From: Myxococcota bacterium
GTDB taxonomy: Bacteria; Myxococcota_A; Bradymonadia; UBA4248
Reading direction: 5' to 3'
DNA: 64,000 nucleotides
Assembly (NCBI GenBank): GCA_045599585.1
Contig: JAZRWH010000088.1
Coordinates: 11,082-75,081, forward strand
Below are positions 59,320 to 64,000 of the stretch, one piece after another. The notes beneath the pieces were generated by a model, which saw only the letters and a list, made by a program, of their open reading frames with translations, was not told the DNA's origin and made no database searches. The translations under genes were made by a program, and so were the position numbers. The stretch's first letter is position 1. Each line of letters opens with the position of its first letter.

Positions 59320-60705
59320 ATGCGTCGAAGAATTCCCATCCTTATTACGCTTTTTATTTTGGTCGGTACGCTTGTCATCGCCCAGATCGACAGTCAGATT
59401 TTATCGAGTCGCAGCGAGAAAATGGATTTTGTCGAAGTGTCGTCGTGCGAGTCGAGCGAGACAATCACGCTTGCAACGTCATCGGATAAGATTGAGACAA
59501 ACTATTTGATTTACGTATGCAGCGGCAATGCAGTGGCGCCACAAGAGCAGAAGCAGACGATGCAGATGCCCAAGGTTGTGTCAGAGGACATGCCGGTGAT
59601 GGTACAGCAGATGATGTCTGACGGCATAACCGGCGACACATTTTTTGTTCATCCAGATGTAACGGAGCATTTAAAGTGTAAATATGGCGAGCGTAACTTT
59701 TGTTACAACGCGTCGATCACTGAACAAGCGATGGGAGCTTTTCCGGAAATTTTTCATACGGATGCCAAAGACTCGGTTTTGACGCTGTCGCCAGGTGAAT
59801 TTGTCATTCGATTGGCTGAGCAAAAGGAAGTGTCGACTGTAAGTCGGACGCTTTTGTTGACGGCCCTGGCGTCACTTTTGTTTGGGTTATTTTTTGCGTG
59901 GCGTCGACGAGACGCTTTTCCACGTCCGAACTACAAAGTTTACGACGGCCCGATTGCATTTGTTTTAAGTTTAATTGTGGGCGTTGTGCTGTCCAGCTTA
60001 GCGTTTAAAATCGTACCGTTTAGTGGCCTATATATTCCTCAAACGACGATGACATGTGCCAATTTCGGCATGTTTTTGGGTCTTTTTGGTGTTGCATCGA
60101 TCTACGTTTTGATCAGGACGTTTTCAAAAGATTCTGAGTCGATGCCAGTTCTCGAAGCGCCTGCGCAAGTATCGGCCGCGTCGTCGATCATTGCCGAGGA
60201 TGCAGCGCCTGTCACCGTAGAAAAAGAAGGAGCCGATCAGCCGCCGTCACCGAAGGTCTTCAAGATGCATCCGATGGCGTTTGCGATGATAGCCGGTTTT
60301 ATTCTTGCGATCTTAGCAGCTGTATCCACGGTATTTTCGGGTTCGTTTGAGCTTGATCTAAACGATATCGCCAATCAATTTACGAGCGAGCGATTAGCGT
60401 TAGGTCATTTTGCAATGCTTGCTGGTATTTCGGAAGAACTGCTTTATCGCGGCGTTATACAGACTGCGATTGGTGGACGTAAAACGCATGGTGTACGTGC
60501 TGTGTTGGGTATGGTGATTACGGCATTACTCTTTATGTCCGTTCACATTCCCCAATCGATGGGTCATCTTTTTACGCTTCTTCCCGTCTTCTGTCTTGGG
60601 CTCACGAGCGGCTATGCCAAGATGAGAACGCAATCGATTTTTCCGTCGATGACCATGCATATGACATACAACACCGTTCTTCTGATTCCGTCATTTTTCG
60701 TCTGA
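59320..60705 (+). CDS. CPBP (CAAX/Abi) intramembrane metalloprotease with an N-terminal extracytoplasmic domain
   Basis: SEELLYRG, FMSVH, HMTYN motifs; start codon uncertain. Confidence 0.88.
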   Translation: MRRRIPILITLFILVGTLVIAQIDSQILSSRSEKMDFVEVSSCESSETITLATSSDKIETNYLIYVCSGNAVAPQEQKQTMQMPKVVSEDMPVMVQQMMSDGITGDTFFVHPDVTEHLKCKYGERNFCYNASITEQAMGAFPEIFHTDAKDSVLTLSPGEFVIRLAEQKEVSTVSRTLLLTALASLLFGLFFAWRRRDAFPRPNYKVYDGPIAFVLSLIVGVVLSSLAFKIVPFSGLYIPQTTMTCANFGMFLGLFGVASIYVLIRTFSKDSESMPVLEAPAQVSAASSIIAEDAAPVTVEKEGADQPPSPKVFKMHPMAFAMIAGFILAILAAVSTVFSGSFELDLNDIANQFTSERLALGHFAMLAGISEELLYRGVIQTAIGGRKTHGVRAVLGMVITALLFMSVHIPQSMGHLFTLLPVFCLGLTSGYAKMRTQSIFPSMTMHMTYNTVLLIPSFFV

Positions 60706-60725
60706 TACAGGATCGATAATACTTT

Positions 60726-61340
60726 ATGACTGCACGTTTTATTGCGATTGCCGGCAACATCGGTGCTGGCAAATCGACCATGGTAGGATTTATGTCTCGC
60801 CGATTTGGTCTTCATCCTCTTTACGAACCTGTCGACGAGAATCCATACATTGCCGATTTTTATGAAGATATGAATCGTTGGTCGTTCAACTCGCAGATCT
60901 TTTATTTGTCGCGCAAATTTGCGCTTCATCTTGAAGCACAGAAGAGCGAATCGCGGGTCATTCTCGATCGAACGATCTACGAAGATGCAGAAATTTTTGT
61001 CGAGAATCTTTATCGTAGGCGCGGGTTGAGCAAACGGGACTACAATACGTATCGAGAGCTATATGCGACGATTCGTCAAGAGCTTCAGCCGCCAGATCTT
61101 TTGATATATCTTCGTTGTTCAGTTCGAGGCGTACGCCACCGCATTCGCAAGCGTGCCCGTGAATCAGAAATGGCCATACCACTTTCGTACATCCAGCGTT
61201 TGCATGAGCAGTACGAGAGTTGGTTTGAAAAATACGACTTAGGCCCCAAAGCCGTGATCGAGACTGGGAAACTCGATTATCTCAACGACATCATTCATCG
61301 TGCAGACCTCATTGAGCAGATTGAAACGCTTCTTTCTTAA
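60726..61340 (+). CDS. Deoxynucleoside kinase
   Basis: IAIAGNIGAGKST, EPVDENPY, DRTIYED, PDLLIYL. Confidence 0.93.
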   Translation: MTARFIAIAGNIGAGKSTMVGFMSRRFGLHPLYEPVDENPYIADFYEDMNRWSFNSQIFYLSRKFALHLEAQKSESRVILDRTIYEDAEIFVENLYRRRGLSKRDYNTYRELYATIRQELQPPDLLIYLRCSVRGVRHRIRKRARESEMAIPLSYIQRLHEQYESWFEKYDLGPKAVIETGKLDYLNDIIHRADLIEQIETLLS

Positions 61341-63405
61341 AACGGGCGTCGCGCTGAGTATATTTTTAAGCGCGTCATCAGCCTATGCAACGGACGTCGC
61401 ATCGAAGACTGAGCTTGTATCACAATTGTTCAGCGAAGATGATTCGACGGCCGACGCAGCGGCAGAGGCATTAAGCCGTCAAAACGATCCATCGATTCTT
61501 CCACTGATCCTTGTAAATCTGGATCGATCGACGCATCTTGAGGCGCTTGCGCGTGCGATTGAAGTCGCAGCGCCGATTTGCGATTCGACGTGTGTGCCTT
61601 ATTTGGCAACGAACCTTCGTCACAACGACCGTGGTGTTGTCTTGGCTTCGGCGCATGCTGCGGAACTATTAGCGCGTCCTGAACTTCGACCGGCGCTTTT
61701 GGATCTTGTGGTCAATAACACGGACGAGCTAGTACGGCTAACGGCAGCCAATGCGTTAATCCGCATCACGCCCGACGAAGCCTATGATGAACTATTTGCA
61801 TTCGTTCTTTCCAAAGCGCCCAATGCAGCATCGTTGGCGATTGTACGGGCTTTGCCGAAGTCACGTATGAGTGATTTTGTGCCGCGTTTTGCAGAACTTG
61901 CGCTTAATCCTAATTATGCGACGAGTGTGATTGCAGCGTACACGCGTTGTGATCAGGCACATTTGCTCTTTGATGTTCTCGTTAGGATGTCGGTAGAGAA
62001 TTTGCCTAATGCGCAGCGAGAAGCTCTGTTGCGTGCGCTTCGCCGGCTTGCGCCGTATGCAGCTTCCAAAGCGTCTGTGTTTGCATCGGAACGTCTACGC
62101 AGCTTTGCCGAATCGACGACGACGCTCGAGAGTGTTCAGGTTTCGGCCAGAATGCTCGCTTCGTTTGACGGAATGCTTCCGACGATTTTACGTCGAGCCG
62201 CTGTGTATCCCGAAGCGTTTACGCCGGATGTTGTAGCAGACATCGTGGATCACCTTTCGGAGCAAGATTGTGCTCAGCTCGTCGATATGCTTTTACTCGA
62301 TGATGGGGTGACGAGCGAACCGTTTGGTCGAAAACAGCTTTTGAATATCGAAACGCCGTCCGTAGCCACGATGGCTTTGCTTCGTCGCATGCAGGGGATG
62401 CATACGAGCGAGGTCATGCGTTTTGGAATTGAAGCGACCTATAGTCACAATGACAGTGTTGTTGAGCAGGCGATCGATATTTTAGGTGCCGAGGATGATC
62501 CGAGTGCGTCGGTAACACAGCGCCTAACCTCGTTGTTAGGGCGTCGAGGAACAGCGCAACGCGCAGCTTTGGCGCTCAAAACGCCCGTGGCACTCGCTGC
62601 AGATACGAATGACGTTCCTGGGGCTCAACTATATGCTCGTTGGGCTAATGCCGCTATTGCACGACGTATTGCGCCTTCGCCCGAAGCGATTGCGGAAGCG
62701 CGTAAAATTGTTGAAAATCCACGCAGACGTCATGCCCTTCCTGCGATGGCATTGCTTGTAGCTGCACATGAAGTGCCGCCCGAAATTGAAATGGACGTTT
62801 TGCAAACGCTTGCGACAGATATGCAGCGTTTGTGGCTCAAAGCTAAATGCAGTTCTGGTACAGCAACGGTTGAACTCATGCAGACTGCACTTAACACCAA
62901 CACACTTTGTGCCGAAGCCCTAAGTTGCCTGAACGAAGATCTTGAACTTGCGCGCTCGACTTTTAGCGATACGCAGACGTTGGTGCCGTTGATTCGCGCT
63001 CAAAACCCTCAAGTTGCATTGCGTGCTATGCGATTGACGGCTTTGCTTGCTGAACAGCAGATGCGCATGGATTCAAAAGTTCGAAGCGCGCTTGAAGCAC
63101 GTCTTTTCGACAAAGATCAACGTCTTCCGCACAATGCTCTTCGTGCGCTTCAAGCGCTTCACGCCCTTCCAGCGCGCGATACGCTTCTTTCTCTCTACGG
63201 CCGTGCGACGCTTCCGCAGACGCGCAACTATCTGGCTCTTTTGGGCGGTCTTACAGTCTTTGAGGATGAGCCCGAAAGTGGTCGCTCAAAATCTGCTTTG
63301 GGTGCTGCGCAGACTAAGCTCGGTTCGCATTACATTTTTACCTACGATCACGGCGCTTTTGACGTTCTAGACGCCGCTTCGACCGCCGTACAATTTGGAT
63401 TTTAA
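61300..63405 (+). CDS. HEAT-repeat protein, probably exported
   Basis: Signal-like N-terminus; HEAT units (DELVRLTAANAL, NPQVALRAMR, DQRLPHNALRAL). Confidence 0.78.
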   Translation: MQTSLSRLKRFFLKTGVALSIFLSASSAYATDVASKTELVSQLFSEDDSTADAAAEALSRQNDPSILPLILVNLDRSTHLEALARAIEVAAPICDSTCVPYLATNLRHNDRGVVLASAHAAELLARPELRPALLDLVVNNTDELVRLTAANALIRITPDEAYDELFAFVLSKAPNAASLAIVRALPKSRMSDFVPRFAELALNPNYATSVIAAYTRCDQAHLLFDVLVRMSVENLPNAQREALLRALRRLAPYAASKASVFASERLRSFAESTTTLESVQVSARMLASFDGMLPTILRRAAVYPEAFTPDVVADIVDHLSEQDCAQLVDMLLLDDGVTSEPFGRKQLLNIETPSVATMALLRRMQGMHTSEVMRFGIEATYSHNDSVVEQAIDILGAEDDPSASVTQRLTSLLGRRGTAQRAALALKTPVALAADTNDVPGAQLYARWANAAIARRIAPSPEAIAEARKIVENPRRRHALPAMALLVAAHEVPPEIEMDVLQTLATDMQRLWLKAKCSSGTATVELMQTALNTNTLCAEALSCLNEDLELARSTFSDTQTLVPLIRAQNPQVALRAMRLTALLAEQQMRMDSKVRSALEARLFDKDQRLPHNALRALQALHALPARDTLLSLYGRATLPQTRNYLALLGGLTVFEDEPESGRSKSALGAAQTKLGSHYIFTYDHGAFDVLDAASTAVQFGF

Positions 63406-63408
63406 ATT

Positions 63409-63903
63409 ATGACAGTTCGTTCAGCTTCTCTTGAAGAAACCATTCGCTTTGGCGAAAAACTCGGTAAAGTACTTAAACCAGGCGACATCGTTGCGCTTAA
63501 GGGCACGTTGGGCATCGGTAAAACGCAACTCGTCCGTGGTATCGCCCGTACCTATCTCGGTTCAGACAACCGCGTGTGCTCGCCGTCGTTTACAATCATT
63601 AATCAATACGAAGCCAAAGGCCGCACGATTAATCACCTCGACCTGTATCGCCTTTCGACCCTCGAAGAAGTTGAGTCGACAGGCTATTGGGACTGCGTCG
63701 AAGATCCGAATGCACTCGTCATCATCGAGTGGCTCGAACAAGTCGATCAAGCGCAGCCGATCGACTTTGTCACGCTCGACATTACTTTTGAAGGGGATAC
63801 GGACGACGTGGAGCTTTCGGGGCTTCCGCGTCTGTATAACCTCGTGGGCGATCCCGATTCGGATTTGTATCAGCGACTCGCGGTCGTTTTTGAAGAGGCG
63901 TAA
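63409..63903 (+). CDS. tsaE: tRNA t6A biosynthesis ATPase
   Basis: LKGTLGIGKTQLVRG, SPSFTIINQY, HLDLYRL, IIEW. Confidence 0.95.
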   Translation: MTVRSASLEETIRFGEKLGKVLKPGDIVALKGTLGIGKTQLVRGIARTYLGSDNRVCSPSFTIINQYEAKGRTINHLDLYRLSTLEEVESTGYWDCVEDPNALVIIEWLEQVDQAQPIDFVTLDITFEGDTDDVELSGLPRLYNLVGDPDSDLYQRLAVVFEEA

Positions 63904-63906
63904 TTC

Positions 63907-64000
63907 ATGCAGCGATTGTACCTTTGTCGACACGGCAAGACCTCATGGAATGGTGAGCGACGTATTCAGGGACTAAACGACATTGAGTTAAGCCAAGAAG
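63907..64000 (+). CDS. Histidine phosphatase family protein (5' part only)
   Basis: MQRLYLCRHGKTSWNGERRIQGLNDIELSQE contains the RHG motif; the ORF runs off the window edge. Confidence 0.85.
   Translation, partial: MQRLYLCRHGKTSWNGERRIQGLNDIELSQE

Overview
Bacterial chromosomal window (GC content looks moderate, roughly 45-50% by eye) with about 40 genes. The gene content (DUF4215/fibro-slime and choice-of-anchor Cys-rich lipoproteins, a GltC-like protein, a PP2C phosphatase, an FHA-GAF-HD-GYP protein, a sigma70-region-4-only protein) suggests a Myxococcota/Bradymonadia-like deltaproteobacterium, and hydF suggests an anaerobic lifestyle; both are inferences. No rRNA, tRNA, CRISPR array or transposase was seen. 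The most notable structure is non-coding. (1) Twelve dispersed intergenic copies of a REP-like element share fixed ends (GAGGGGGTAGCGGCGTAT ... ATAGCCGCTCAGGGGGnnnnnnCCCCC), one bulged base and compensatory base changes, and carry a variable 11-121 nt insert at one fixed position. (2) Six further loci carry the same bulged-hairpin core, mostly as tandem doublets. (3) An 11-bp-phased array of DnaA boxes at about 18.1 kb looks like oriC, but no dnaA is in the window. (4) A MWRSWV leader peptide lies inside a 150-nt terminator hairpin upstream of trpB2. (5) A surface lipoprotein gene is frameshifted at a (TG)n tract. (6) A MITE-like element sits at 27.5 kb. (7) An atypical histidine-kinase-like ORF at the left edge is missing from the ORF track.
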